Of a stretch of DNA of 64,000 nt, positions 13,701 to 27,090 are shown piece by piece. Source of the DNA: the human T2T-CHM13v2.0 reference genome, Homo sapiens; NCBI RefSeq assembly GCF_009914755.1, contig NC_060938.1, one strand, 5' to 3'. Under the pieces are notes generated by a model, which saw only the letters and a program-made list of their open reading frames with translations, did no database searches and was not told the origin of the DNA. Numbering within the stretch: the first letter of the stretch is position 1; each line of letters begins with the position of its first letter. The translations under genes and the position numbers were made by a program.

Positions 13701-14418
13701 TCTGATCTTAATTATTTATTGTCTTCTACCTTTTGAATTCATTTAACCTTGCTTCTCCAGTTCTTTTAGTTGTGATGCTAGATTGTCAATTTTAGAACTT
13801 TCCCGCTTTCTCCTGTGGGCATTTAGTGCTATAAATTTCCCTCTAAACACTGCTTTGGCTGTGTCCCAGAGATTCTGGTACATTTTGTCTTTTTTCTCAT
13901 TGGTTTCAAAGAACTTATTTATTTCTGCCTTAATTTTGTTATTTACCCGGTAGTTATTCAGGAGCAGCTTGTTCAGTTCCATTGGTTGTGCGGTTTTGAG
14001 TGAGTTTCTTAATCTTGATTTCTAATTTGATTGCACTGTGGTCTGAGAGAGTGTTTATTATTATTTCCATTTTTTGCATTTGCTGAGGAGTGTTTTCCTT
14101 CCAATTATGTGGTCAATTTTAGAGTAAGTGCAATGTGGTGCTGAGAAGAATGTATATTCTGTTGATTTTGGGTGGAGAGTTCTGTCGATGTTTATTAGGT
14201 CCACTTGGTCCAGAGCTGAGCTTGAGTCCTGAATATCCTTGTTAATTTTCTGTCTCATGGATCTGTCTAATATTGACAGTGGGGTGTAAATATCTCCCAC
14301 TATTATTGTGTAGGAGTCTAAGTCTCTTTGTAGGTATCTAAGAACTTGCTTTATGAATCTGGGTGCTCCTGTATTAGGTGTATATATATTTAAGATAATT
14401 AGCTCTTATTGCATTGAT
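10701..14418 (-). mobile_element. 5'-truncated primate L1 (L1PA7/8-like), 3.7 kb
   Basis: Complete 3'UTR; ORF2 RT peptides ([27 protein letters not shown]); truncated within the endonuclease region; TSD agatggat(c/t)ttttt at 10693 and 14419. Confidence 0.97.
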
Positions 14419-15059
14419 AGATGGATTTTTTTCCCCTTCAAATATAACTTGTTCCAGTCAACCTGAATTTCTGCTTTCCTTCTTATGCCCATGTTGTTCT
14501 AACTGGCCAGTGCAAACTCCTTTAGACATTCCTTTGTGTTTTCAGCACTACCTCAGGCATTTTTAAAACATCCTTGTTTTCCAGCAGTAACATTTTCTAG
14601 GCACATCTTGCTTTTTCTTGTTTTTTTTTTTTAGAACAGGATTGGTTCTAATGAAAAATATTATCAAGGATCAAAATCTAAGTCCTAGAGGAACAAAGCA
14701 ACTTGTTCCACATCGATATTTTGGTTGGTGATGTGACTCCTCTGCTAGTGATTGGCCATGAACTGTCTTTCTTTGTTAAGGTCCTTTTTTAGTCTATGAT
14801 GATATATAAAGTTTATATGGTTTAACTGTAGCATTGCTAAATCCTTTTATAGTACTTCTAATATAATAATGTATTTATTTTCCCCATAATATTTGTTTAT
14901 ACCTTTACCTCCTCATCCAAGTTGCAATTTTGCTGCTCTCCATAGTGTTGCCCACCAAGACTGCACTACAGTGATTACAATAAGACAACAAAATGGAAAT
15001 AATTTCAATAACTACTATGAAAAAGTTACAATTATATTTTATTCTAGTGGTATAATTAG

Positions 15060-15480
15060 ATAGCTCAAAAAGCAATAAGTTAAGAAAACTAGTAGGTTTA
15101 ATATAGGAATTTGATAAGGTAGCTGAATATAAAGTTAACAGGCAGGAATTATTAGCTTTATCCTTACTGGCAAGAGCAAGCTAGAAATAGAAATGTGAAA
15201 ATAGTCCATTTTCAATAGTGGCAAACCATGTGATAAAGGACTTATTTAAAGAAAACTTCAAAATTATATTATAACATATAAAACAAGATCTAAATAAAGT
15301 GCAAAGACATAATACAATTATAAATAGTAAATGTTATGGCTTTTCTATTTTTAACCTTTGAATTATAGGTGATATTTAACTTCATATGAAATAATATACA
15401 ACTGAGTATAACTAAAATACATGAAAAAGAATAAGTATGGGTTTTCCTATTAGATATTAAATTATACTATCATTATACTG
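15060..15480 (+). mobile_element. Ancient L1M ORF2 fragment
   Basis: gaatttgataaggtagctgaatataaag, ccattttcaatagtggc, aacaagatctaaataaa. Confidence 0.65.
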
Positions 15481-15484
15481 TACC

Positions 15485-15800
15485 AATCACAGTTTGTTGC
15501 CATAATGATGCATGAGACACCCTAAAACTCAGGGACTTATAGCAGCAAGCACTTCTTCTTCTAGGCATGTATTTGTAGGTTGCTAGAATCTCTTTGTTTC
15601 ATGTTTCATATTATCTGAGCTTGGATCTGGGTTTCAGTCTGTTGTCAGATCTACTTCAAGTCTTTACATTCTTGGATCAGCAGCAATCAGGTCACGTTCT
15701 TCTCATGGTGGTTCACAGAAGGACAAAGATTTTGCCTTGAAACTAGTACTTCTGCCAATGTTCTCTTGGCCAAAAAGTTACATGCTCAGGCCCAACATCT
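15485..15800 (-). mobile_element. MaLR LTR (old MLT1)
   Basis: accctaaaactcagggacttatagcagcaagc ... cttctgccaatgttctcttggccaaaaagttacatg. Confidence 0.6.
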
Positions 15801-15819
15801 TTGTATACACTGTCATTAA

Positions 15820-15972
15820 TCTGCAACAACTCTCTAAATTTGAATAATGCTATCACCATTTTAAATTTGATAAAACATCCATAGAAAGATAAGTAATTTG
15901 CCCAAGATCTCATAGCTGGAGATCTGAACTGATGACAGACTCTCAGTTCTCTTTACTTCACCACACTGCCTT
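15820..15972 (-). mobile_element. MIR
   Basis: ccatttta...taagtaatttgcccaagatctcatagct antisense MIR core. Confidence 0.7.
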
Positions 15973-17762
15973 CCCCTAATTCTACTTGTTTTCGATATTG
16001 TCTCTGTCTTTTCTTCTAGAGAAGTTGTTCTCAGGCTATGTGACTATAAGAAATATTTTCTAACATCAAACAATATTTTCAGACCAGCATCAGATAGTAG
16101 TTATATTTTTGTCTTCATAATTACTGATAAAATATGTAATTAAAATACGTTCATGAATTCAATAAATCATAAATTAATTTTAAATTAATTCATATTTGAT
16201 TATTCTTATGGAAGCTACAGGTATTTGAAAACTGTAGTGATAAATGCAAGCATATTTTCTTATCATTTGAAAATGCCTAGAATGCATATGGATCTGAAAA
16301 TTCCTAAAGATAGTTTGGGGTCTCCCTGATAATCCACAATCTCAACTGGAAATTACTGTTCTGTAAGATGTTAACATCTGTTCTCCTAAGTTTTCAACCT
16401 CCAGTTTGCAAAGGCTGACTCTCACTTTAATCTTTATTAATATTTGACTTATTAATTTGTTCAGTTCTCATTCTCCTTTTGCATTCATTGTATGGTTACA
16501 GCAGCTAAGTAGTCTGCTCAAGACAATAAAACAGGTGATATTGGATCCAACTATCTGTGTTCGTGAGCACTTATTGGTCCTGGAGAAACCATTGAGCACA
16601 GTTGCTCTTACAGTTTTGTTTTTTTTTCTTCCCTCACCTCCCAACTTTGAGGCAACACTCAAACTACTATCTTCCACTTAGCCAACTTCTTAGCAATTTA
16701 TTTCAGAAAAGTGTTATCTCTCTGTGCCTTTAGGCCCTGACTTATTTCCCTGGTCCATCCTATTTATTTACCACCATCTCTACCAGCTCAATCCTAATTA
16801 TATAGGTGTCTGTTCTTTGTATAATCTGGGCTTTAGACAAAGGCAGGAAGTAGCAAGGGAGTTCTAACCTAGTGTTGGTTAAACTTTGGTATGGAATCAT
16901 GCCTCCAGTTTGTTCTGTAATTCTAGCCCAATTGATCCCTTTTGGACTCTTGTTCAATGGACTTTCTATTATTTTCAGACTTTTCTTTTGAGTCATACAG
17001 TTTTCCTTTAGGAACCCGTGCGTGTAAGAAGACCTCATATCAGGGCTTCTAAACCCAAGTTCCACCACCTCCACTGTCATTTGGCTGTGTAAGCCAACTC
17101 ACAATACTAGGAGTCTGCTTTTGTCCCCATTCTGATTAGGTTCCAGAAGCCAATCTATTTTCCCTTCTCTCACTATTCAGTCTCATATTCATACACACAC
17201 AGCTGACCTGCCTTGCTTTGTGTTTGCCAGTCTCTTCTCCAGCTGCTGGGAAATAAGTTTCTAAGCTATATCTGCTTGTCAGGAAACTTGTGCTGCTGCC
17301 ATTTTATCTTAGACTTCCATTCCATTTACCCAAATGATGAATGAAGAAATTCTAATAAAATAAATCAACACACAAAAGAAAAATGCTCTGGAAGTTGTCA
17401 CAATCCTGGAAAATTGTTGGTTATAGTCTTGGAAAATCATACCTAATATCTCAATATGAGGGGGCCTCTCTGCAAAGCAGCAATTGTCAATAGTAGGTAA
17501 GAGTAGGATTTTTCCAACATAGCCTATATGGGTCAATGAAAAGAGATTGAAGAACAGTAGGTTCTTAAAAGACTTGTATCTAAGATGGGGAATTTATGAA
17601 GACTCAATCAATAAATCCAAGGTGGGGCCAAAAAAATAAATCCAAGTATGAACAAGCCATAAAAATCCAGGTTGTCAGATTCAAGGCAATCAGATAAAAA
17701 ATGGAATTTAGGTATAAAGTCAGCATCTAAAAGCTAAGATAGTATATTAATGGGGGTCATGA

Positions 17763-18096
<334 letters not shown>

Positions 18097-19029
18097 GGAA
18101 ATGGTTAAGATTCTTATAGAGCCCAGATAGTGGACAGGTATGGCAGTGCTTCAATATGTTCAGTGGTCATGGATGAATGTATATGCACAGTAGCCAAAAA
18201 GTGTATTAGGAAATGCCAAGCTTGCCAATGTAGGTGCTACCAACACCTACCAACACCTGATCTGCTTTTGAGAGTGGATCCAGTGTCAGAAACTGTATTA
18301 TGTCTGGTTGTGGGTAAATTGCTATGTTTCACTCCTAAATTCTGAGATATGATTTCAATTTTTTGACTGTAACCCATAGCAAGAAATATATTTTCTGTTC
18401 CTCCACCATATCTCTCTGTGCATTGTGTATGTGTGTGTGTGATGTGTATATCTATATCTATGTATCTATATAACAAAAACAAGTTTATCAAAATATTGCC
18501 ATTTATATAAGAAATTATTGATATATTTACTTAATGAGCATTTTTTTCTTTTTATAAAATCTGATTGTGATTTGATAAATGACTTCAGTATTGACTAGTG
18601 GGAAAAGATCTTTAGGTTAAAAAACATCGGTGTATGACTTATTAGAAGTAAAGGAGACATATTTGTGCAGATGAAACTTCCTCTTTTCTTACTATTTATT
18701 GACAAATACCATTTCCAGAGCATCTTTCTTTTAAGTGTTGATTTCTTTTTTAGAATTTCTTTTATGGCTCAGATCTGAAACCTGTATTTTCTTTGGTGAC
18801 TTATACTTTCAAATTTAAGATGTATATTTTATCTACTCAGTTATCAATGATTTTATATTTTCTGAATCATATGTTAACACTTCTAAGCCACTATTACAAC
18901 TATTAAGAGTTGTAATTTTAACTTATAAATTATCAACTTCAAAACAACTGTTACTGCTTTAGATGTTTTAGGGAAATGTAGTAAACCTACTTCAATTCCA
19001 TCATAGAGAATCTTACTTCCCTTAACTCA

Positions 19030-19395
19030 CATTAACAATCTCTTTTGTAGGTAAATAAATGACAAACAAAATAATGGAGAATGATCTAACATCTGGCTGA
19101 ATATTTGTTTACAAGTGCTCATTGATGGAGTTAATTCAAGCAAGGTTTCTAATGTTTTACCAGAAATATTTTTAGTTAGTACTAGTCAGAATAACTTAGT
19201 GCTAGTAAATTTATTGATTGAAGATATAGATAATATGCTAATTAAAGTATTAGCTGGGACAGAACTGGCAATAATTTATCATGTTTTTCATAACATGATT
19301 AATATTAAAATCTGATAAGTGGACTTAAAGCTTAAAAATTATGAATATAAAGTCCTACATTTAGGTTTAACCAATTAAAAGCCTAAATACAGAAC
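19030..19395 (+). mobile_element. L3/CR1 LINE reverse transcriptase relic
   Basis: ORF 19115-19315 peptide IEDIDNMLIKVLAGTELA resembles CR1 DEGIECMLIKFADDTKLG; downstream tataaagtcctacatttagg (YKVLHLG) matches CR1 CKVLHLG. Confidence 0.65.
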
Positions 19396-19419
19396 TTATT
19401 GGTGGCTAGTTACAATATA

Positions 19420-21610
19420 ATAGATAATGGCAGGCTACAACTCCTGTTATAACTGAAAAGAGAAAAAGCAGAGTATTCATAAAATTTATATTTTTGCAGA
19501 CATAGGAGAGCTTAAGAAGAAAAGATAAAAGGGCTAAAAATATGGAGATGGAAAAGCTTTCTTTCATGAGCTTATGTCAAGATATATTATTTGTCATGCT
19601 TGGATATGGACGGTGGATGTGCTTGCCGTAGGGAGAGGATTCAACTAGAGGAGATAGAAACCAGCAGTTTCTGATGGCCACATTAGCTGGTATTGAGAGG
19701 TGAAGCTGGCTGGCCTTCTGGGTCAGGTGGGGACTTGGAGAACTTTTCTGTCTAGCTAGAGGATTGTAAATGCACCAATCAGCACTCTGTGTCTACCTAA
19801 AGGATTGTAAACGCACCAATCAGCATTCTGTAAAAATTCACCAATCAGCGCTCTGTGTCCAGCTAAAGGATTGTAAACACATCAATCAGCACTCTGTAAA
19901 ATGGACCAATCAGCACTCTGTAAAACGGAGCAATCAGCACTCTGTAAAATGGACCAATCAGCGCTTTGTAAAATCGACCAATCAGCAGGATGTGGGCGGG
20001 GCCAAATAAGGGAATAAAAGCTGCCCACCTGAGCTTGCAGGGACAACTTGCTCCTGTCTGCTTCCACGTTGTGGTGGCTTTGTTGTTTTGCTCTTCACAA
20101 TAAATCTTGCTGCTGTTCACTCTTTGGGTCCACACTACCTTTATGAGCTGTAACATTCACTGCAGAGGTCTGTGGCTTCACTATTGAAGTCAGCGAGACC
20201 ATGAACCCACCTGGAGGAATAAACAACTCTGGATGTACCACCTTTAAGAGCTGTAACACTCACTGTGAAGGTCCGCAGCTTCACTCCTGAAGTCAGCGAG
20301 ATCAAAAACCCACCAGAAGGTAGAAACTCTGGCACCATCTTTAAGAACTGTAGCACTCACCACAAGGGTCCGTGGCTTAATTCTTCAAGTCACTGAGACC
20401 AAGAACCCACAGGAAGGAATAAATGCCCAACACAGTATGAGAGACTGAAAAGTAGGGGGATGCCAAATTCATGACATGTTTTCTCTACAGGATATTTGTT
20501 GAGTGATAGGGTATTATAAGGATCATGGGGGACGAGAGAAGAGAGATAGAGTAGAATAAAATTTCCGAGAGCTTCATGATGCTTAGGAAGAAAATTCCCA
20601 ATAGAGGGAGAAGCACGCCACAAACAGAAGTCAAATCTTTTTCTGTAACACTTGAAACTAGACGTGGAAAGATTTTAACTAAAAACAAAATGAAATAAAA
20701 CAGCTTTGACTAAACTCAATTCCTGATAGAATTATTGTGGTCAGCCCCTCAACTCATCTGCCCAATGCAAGCAAAAGTAAACCCTCTTTTGGAGAAAATT
20801 ATATCCCTATTTGATTTTTTTATTTATGATATCTAGTATATAATAAAAAATTAAAAGATATGCAAAGAAGCACAAAATATGTCCAATAATTAAGGAAAAA
20901 TGTCCTAAATAGAAGTAGATATACACATATGTAAATATTCAGCTGACAAAGACTATAAAATGACTGGTATAAATAGGTTAAAGAAATAGAAGACAAAACT
21001 GACAAAAAGAGAGTTTTATTAAATAATTGAAAGCTATAAAAAGAGTCTTCTATAATTAAAATATTTAATACTTTAAATTTTAGCATCAGCTTGGGTAAGG
21101 CAAAAGACATGAGTATGGAACTTAAGAACCAGTCAATACAGTGTTCAAACTGAAGCACAGGGACAAAACAACTAAAAATCACAAAATACAAAGCATAAAA
21201 GTCATAAAGGATACAGACAGATAGACAATGTTTTCACACATATGTAGCTAGAGTATCATAAGAGATAAGAAAGAGAATGGCAGAGAGGCAATATGTGAAA
21301 AGATAATAGTTAAGAACTTTCCAAAATAGGTACAAGACATCAACCCACAGATCCAAGAATCACAGTAAACATGCCAGCAGGATACATGGAAAGAAAACTG
21401 CTGAAAACTTCATAATCAAACTGCTGCAAACCAAAAATAAATAGAAATTCTCAAAAACAGAGAAAAAAGTCACATTATCTTCACAAAGCAGTAATAAAAC
21501 TTACATTTTTCCCCCACACAGTATGAAAGCCAAAAAATGACAGAATAACATCTTTATGGTGATGAAAAGGAATTAAACTAGGTATCCACAACAGAAAAAA
21601 ACATTCAAAA
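19420..21610 (+). mobile_element. Ancient L1M 5'/ORF1 region, split by LTR12
   Basis: gaactttccaaaa...caacccacagatccaagaa...cataatcaaactgctgcaaaccaaa are ORF1 landmarks (21310-21440). Assignment of the 5' part is less certain. Confidence 0.7.
19694..20434 (+). mobile_element. ERV9 solo LTR (LTR12 family)
   Basis: TG...CA termini with 4-bp TSD gtat (19690-19693 / 20435-20438); tandem accaatcagc units; GC box gggcgggg (19994); AATAAAA box (20013); AATAAA (20099); three U5 repeats of ~100 bp. Confidence 0.96.
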
Positions 21611-22309
21611 ATGTTTAGAAACATGGTAGATGGTTGATGATCTAGAAAAGCAGAGGGCATTTAGGACTTGCCTACCACTTGAAATTCTGGAGAAGGCTTC
21701 CTGTTAGGTATAGAACATGAAAACATACTGTGGTAGCCGAAGTGCAGTAGAAATGCAGTAGTGTTGTCATCAGGCAGAGAGATTGCCTGGGATAGCACTC
21801 ATTTTTTCCTACAGCTTGTGTTTAGGAGGGTGGACATCCAGAAGTTCTGGTGTTTCTTCAGAATGAGGGGCATGGAGATTTATGCAGTGGACCAGAGAAA
21901 CCTAGGGTTAAGCTATAGTAAGGTACAAATAGGGTTGCCACAGAAATCTCCACAATAACACACACCTGAGGAAGGAACAATAAATCATTGATGAACACAC
22001 CACATCACACCACACATAACGAAAAGAACACTGAAGATTAGTGTGCACGTCAAAACCTCCCTTTGGTATATTACACCAATGAAGCCCTCTTTTTGTTGCA
22101 ACCCATGACACCTTTCTCTTTGTATACATCATTCTATTTCCTCTCATGTACATTTTATCATGGTGGACCATTTTACATCTTTTAATCTTTTTCTTCAAAT
22201 AGCTCATAATGCTCCTTCAATATTTATGATACACAGTCTTTCCCTTCTATCTCAATCTATGTTATTCATTTTACATACTGGTTTACATAAATATTTATCT
22301 GTATGAATG

Positions 22310-22680
22310 TGTTAGCTACAAAAGACTAGATAGTCTAAGTTCCATTGCAAATAGCCTCCACATGTCAGTTACTTTGAAAATCAAGTCTGTTTCTCAGTTA
22401 TAGAAAATCTGTATCAGATCTAAGTTACTCCTAGGGCTTGTGCCCCCTATATAGTGACTCAGCAATCCTTGCTGCTGTAATTGTGTGGCTTTGTCTTCTC
22501 AAAATGAGGCTTCCTGCATGACTGCTTTAGCAGAGTGAATCGCTCAGGGCTTTTCACTGCCTCAGCTCACATTTCATTGGCCAGAACTAATCAAATGACC
22601 ATATATAACTGCAAGGTGTTGAGATGAAAGGAAAGGAGAATGCATAGTGGTGACAACAATGATTCTCAGCATGTCTACAT
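22310..22680 (-). mobile_element. Old MaLR LTR (MLT1K/L-like)
   Basis: gctcacatttcattggccagaactaatcaaatgacc...aactgcaagg antisense MLT1 signature. Confidence 0.6.
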
Positions 22681-23475
22681 ATGCATATCTCATTATTGTG
22701 CTTTTAAACTTAATCTCGTTAAATCACTCTGACATATAATTCACTTCATTCTTTAGGACTTTTTACAATAATCTCAGATTGGCTTGTTTGTTTGAAAAAA
22801 ATATGAAAATATGAATTTGGTAAGTTTCACAAATGGGACTTACTACCACCTTTATTTTCCCAGCTCTTGTATCTTGTGTTCTTCCACTGAAGGCATTTGA
22901 CTTACTATAGAAAATGGACAGTCATCTCCAGTATTATCGGACTCACCTTCTCCCTTTTCTGAGTCTTCTGTTTTTAGATGGTGCTCAAGCAAAAGGCTGT
23001 GCCACTATTGATCATTCCTATGTGTTCACTGAAGTATTTCTATATATGTATATAAATTTTTATACAAATATACAATAAATATAATAAATATATTATGTAT
23101 ATATATGAAGATACATATATCTGCAACAAATATGTATGGGGCACCTACTGAGTGTCATGTTCTAGTTATAAGTACAATATATTTTATATTATTGAGAAGA
23201 CTGGGAAGGAAAATGGAAGGTTACAGTTTTAAATATGGTAGTCATGGAAGCCATCCCTGAGAAGTGACATCTGAAGAAAGTAAAGGAGTAAACAAGAGGG
23301 CTTTCTTGTGGGGAAGAAACATTTCAGGAGGCAGGAACAGCAAGTAGAAAGTCCCTGAGGTAGATTGTGTGTGCTTGATCTTCTCAAGGAACAATAAATG
23401 AGCAAATGTGACAGGAGCAGAATGAACACTATGTGTGTGTTAGGTGTAGGATGTGGAGAGTGAGGCCAAAGGCAA

Positions 23476-24081
23476 AGTTACAGGACCAATGGATTAGTAT
23501 ACCTGCTCCACAGTAACAGCACATTACACTGAGACAGCAGTGTTTGCAACAGAGAACCTTTAAAGATGACAGGCTGCCGAGCAAGCAGATGGAAGGAGAC
23601 TCTCAAATCCATCTCCTTGAGGAATTCTGGGCTGGGATTTTTAAGAGGATCATGGTGGGTGAGGGTTTGGAAAATTATGGTTGTTGATTGGTTGGGGTAA
23701 GGGGAGTGAAATCATCAGGATATGGAAACTGTGTTCTTTGGTGAGTCAGTTTCTTGTGGGGTTTCTGAGACCAGCTGGCATTCGTGGGGTCCTTCAGACC
23801 AGCTGAGTCAGTACTTTCATCAATATTCAGGACCTGAAGGAATATCTCAAAAGGGAAGCTTAATGTTTCATAATGTTTAAGTTGTTATCTATAGAGTAGT
23901 TAAGGGTAATTGTAATTTAAGGTCTACCTGACTCTAGGCACCAGACAACTATGAGGAAGCAGGCCAGAGACCAGGCTGACCTTGTGATTAATGCTCAGTG
24001 TGCTGCAAGCTTGGTTTGTTTTTATTTTTTACCCTCCTCTTCCCCCTGATTAATTTTATAAAGTTCATAGGAGCAGCTTCA
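23476..24081 (-). mobile_element. ERV1 (MER4-group) solo LTR
   Basis: gttacaggacca...ctcaaatccatctccttgaggaattctgggctgggatttttaag...gcttca; ~600-bp block splitting a collinear L2. Confidence 0.75.
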
Positions 24082-24920
24082 GAAACACAGGGCAGATACA
24101 GTAAGAGGCTTGTGTGAAATCATGATCATTGGCTTTTTCTAAGGGTTAGATAGAAACTCTGGAAGGTTTTGAAGTGACATAATGTGACTTAAATTTTAAC
24201 AGGATCATTCTGACTTGTGTGGAAAATAGAACAGAATCCAGGACAGAAGCTGATTCAACAGTTAGAAAGCAATTGAAATAATAGTTGGATATGGTGGTGG
24301 TTTAGATCAACTATGAGTACTGGAGCTGGTAACTATTGAATTCTTCAATATTTGAAAGTAGGGCTGGTGAATATATTGATCTATGGATGTGGAGCATGAG
24401 AAACAGAAGGAATTTGGAGGAATTGGCCTGAATAATAAGAACAATGGAAAGACCATGTTGAGGGTAGGGAAGGGATTAGAAATTCAGTCTTGAGCTTGTT
24501 AACTTTGCGATGCCTATTACACAACCACTGAGAGGCAGTTGAATACAGGAGTTGGAATTCGTAGGAGAGGTCCTAACTGGAGATACGTATTTGGACACTG
24601 TCAGCATATGATTGATTTAAAAGTCATGATATTAGATCATTCTATAAGGGGATTATTTTAGATAGAAAATATACTATACTTACCCAAGACCTAGGTTTTG
24701 AAGCCACTTTAGTAGTCTTTAGTAGTGTTAAGAGGTCTAGGAGATAAAGAGGAACCAGCCAGGAGAAAAAGGAAAAGAAAGGGACTGTGTTGAAAAGAAG
24801 GTGCTTCAAAGAGGATACAGTGATAAACTTTGGCACATGTTGCTGATATGCAGGTTAAATAGGGACTGAAAGTTGACCATTAGCTTTAACTACCTGGAGG
24901 CCATTCATGATGATGAGAAG

Positions 24921-25110
24921 CAGGACCACAGTGGTTGTGCAGGTTATACCTTGTATGAAGATAACCAGCTAAATGGGTAAGTGGTGGTCATGTGCTCCCT
25001 GCGTCCTGCTACAGCTATTCAGAGAGCACAGCTATTTGTAATTCATCCATCCAGAGGAGGACAATTTTCTAATTTATACAGAGGCATAGTATCTGCTGTC
25101 TGAGGCCCTA
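24921..25110. mobile_element. MER91-like hAT-Tip100 MITE
   Basis: cagg...gttgtgcaggtt...ttttctaatttatacagaggc...ggccct, matching the recalled MER91A layout. Confidence 0.6.
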
Positions 25111-25385
25111 TGGACAATCTTTGATCCAAGTTTCCAGACCAAATCTTGTTTGGAGTAAGTTCAAAAAAGGGCAGGGGAGGAATTGAAGACACTAAGTAGG
25201 GACAATTCTAATCAATAAAGAATCGTAGCCAATAAACAGTACGCGAAAAATGAGTTGGTAAATGAAAAGGATGTGGAATAAAGGACATTTTATTATTATC
25301 ATTGTGAAAATAGGAAATTTAATAATATATTTGAATACTGGTGGGAAAGATTCAGTGCAGAAGGGTGCTGTGTACTTGCTTCCTA

Positions 25386-25894
25386 CAGATGTTTCTTGAC
25401 TTATGATGGGGTTACATCTTGATAAACACAATGTAAATTGAAAATATCTTAAGTCAAAAATGTATGCAATACACCTCACCTGCCAAACATGATAGCTTAG
25501 CCTGGCCTAATTTAAATGTGCTCAGTACACTTGCATTGGCCTACGGTTAGGCAAATCATCTAACACGAAGTCTATTTTAATAAAGCACTGAATACTGTAC
25601 ACAGATGGACATTTTGTAGACATCATGGGATGGGAAAACACAAAAGACAATATCCAAAAACTGCTGTCAACAATGTATACTGTAGAATATCAGTTGTTTA
25701 CTGTTGTCACTGATGGAACTGTGGTTCATTCTGCTCGTCAGACTCATGAGAGAGTATTGTACCACATGTCATTAGCCCAGGAAAAGATCTGAATTCAAAA
25801 TTTGAGGTACAATTACAACTAAATGTACATCACTTTTGCACCACTGTAAAGCTGAAAAACCTAAGTCAAACCATCATTAGTTGAGGGTCCTCTG
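25386..25894. mobile_element. Tigger3-family (MER7) non-autonomous DNA transposon
   Basis: TA flanks at 25384-25385 and 25895-25896; termini cagatgtttcttgacttatgatgg / ccatcattagttgagggtcctctg form degenerate terminal inverted repeats. Confidence 0.88.
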
Positions 25895-25984
25895 TACTGG
25901 ATACTTTATATCTTATCTCAACTGCTACTTGGAAAGGTAAGAAAAAAAGAGCAGAAAGATTAAAACCATATCCAAGGCTACACA

Positions 25985-26310
25985 CTTGTTTGTACACTGC
26001 TGTATTCCCTGTGCCTAGAAAATGCCCAGCACATAGTAGGCAGTCAATTAATATTTGGTGATATGAACTAAGATTTGAACTCACATAATTTAATTCCCAA
26101 TCCTGAACCTTTAACTGTTGGACATTGGTACTCTTTTCATAAATGTCTATCTATGTAGCAGCAGTTTATCTGCATTTCTTTTGTCAAGAGATGGAGGAGA
26201 GGGCACATTTATTCACAAGACTAATCCCCTGAGGACCAGGAACATGCTTATTCATGTCTGGATGTAGCCTAATACAATGTCTAGCACAATTTAAGTATTC
26301 AATATAGATC
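25985..26310 (+). mobile_element. L2 3'-end fragments
   Basis: gtgcctagaaaatgcccagcacatagtaggcagtcaattaatatttg; a second degenerate copy near 26230-26305. Confidence 0.7.
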
Positions 26311-26400
26311 AAGGATTTGTACATTTCAAAGCCACTTGATTGTGTGAGATGTATTTACATTTATTTTCATTCAATAAATTTAAATTTAAAATATTTTTAA

Positions 26401-26789
<389 letters not shown>

Positions 26790-26899
26790 ACGCTAATCTT
26801 ATTGTTAAGAGAAAATCATTTTCAATCAATTTGGTGCATCTTCTTTCACCCAATAATTTTAACTTCATTGTTCTGGAAGTCATTGCAAAAATAGTGATA

Positions 26900-27090
26900 T
26901 TGCTTTTGCACATACAAGGTGCGTTATCTTACTTAAACTTCACAACCAATCTATGAAGAAGGAATTAGTGTTGCAGTGTTTCATAAATAAGAAAAATGAG
27001 GTTCAGAGACATTGAGCCACTTGCTCAAGGCTGCAGGTACAGTGATATTAATGCCCTGTAATTCACCCCTCTGATTTCAAGTGCTGTTAA
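26900..27090 (-). mobile_element. MIR
   Basis: aaaatgaggttcagagacattgagccacttgctcaagg. Confidence 0.7.

Larger units (their letters stand above)
23120..25240 (-). mobile_element. L2 LINE, interrupted by an ERV1 LTR and MER91
   Basis: Antisense L2 3' end caacaaatatgtatggggcacctactg; aggatcattctgacttgtgtgg; gagaggtcctaactggagatacgtatttgga. Confidence 0.85.

Noticed and set aside
829-14300. Many 60-170 aa ORFs with endonuclease/RT-like peptides as genes
   Set aside because: They are frameshifted or stop-interrupted L1 ORF1/ORF2 fragments, or their antisense frames; no intact ORF remains.
19770-20430. Regularly spaced repeats resembling a CRISPR array, or a repeat protein (SILQSADW)n
   Set aside because: These are the standard U3 and U5 tandem repeats of LTR12; there are no unique spacers or cas genes, and the context is primate.
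22941-23045. Consensus minus-strand donor AAG|GTGAGT
   Set aside because: No convincing acceptor upstream (AT low-complexity) and stops in all frames from the best candidate acceptor.
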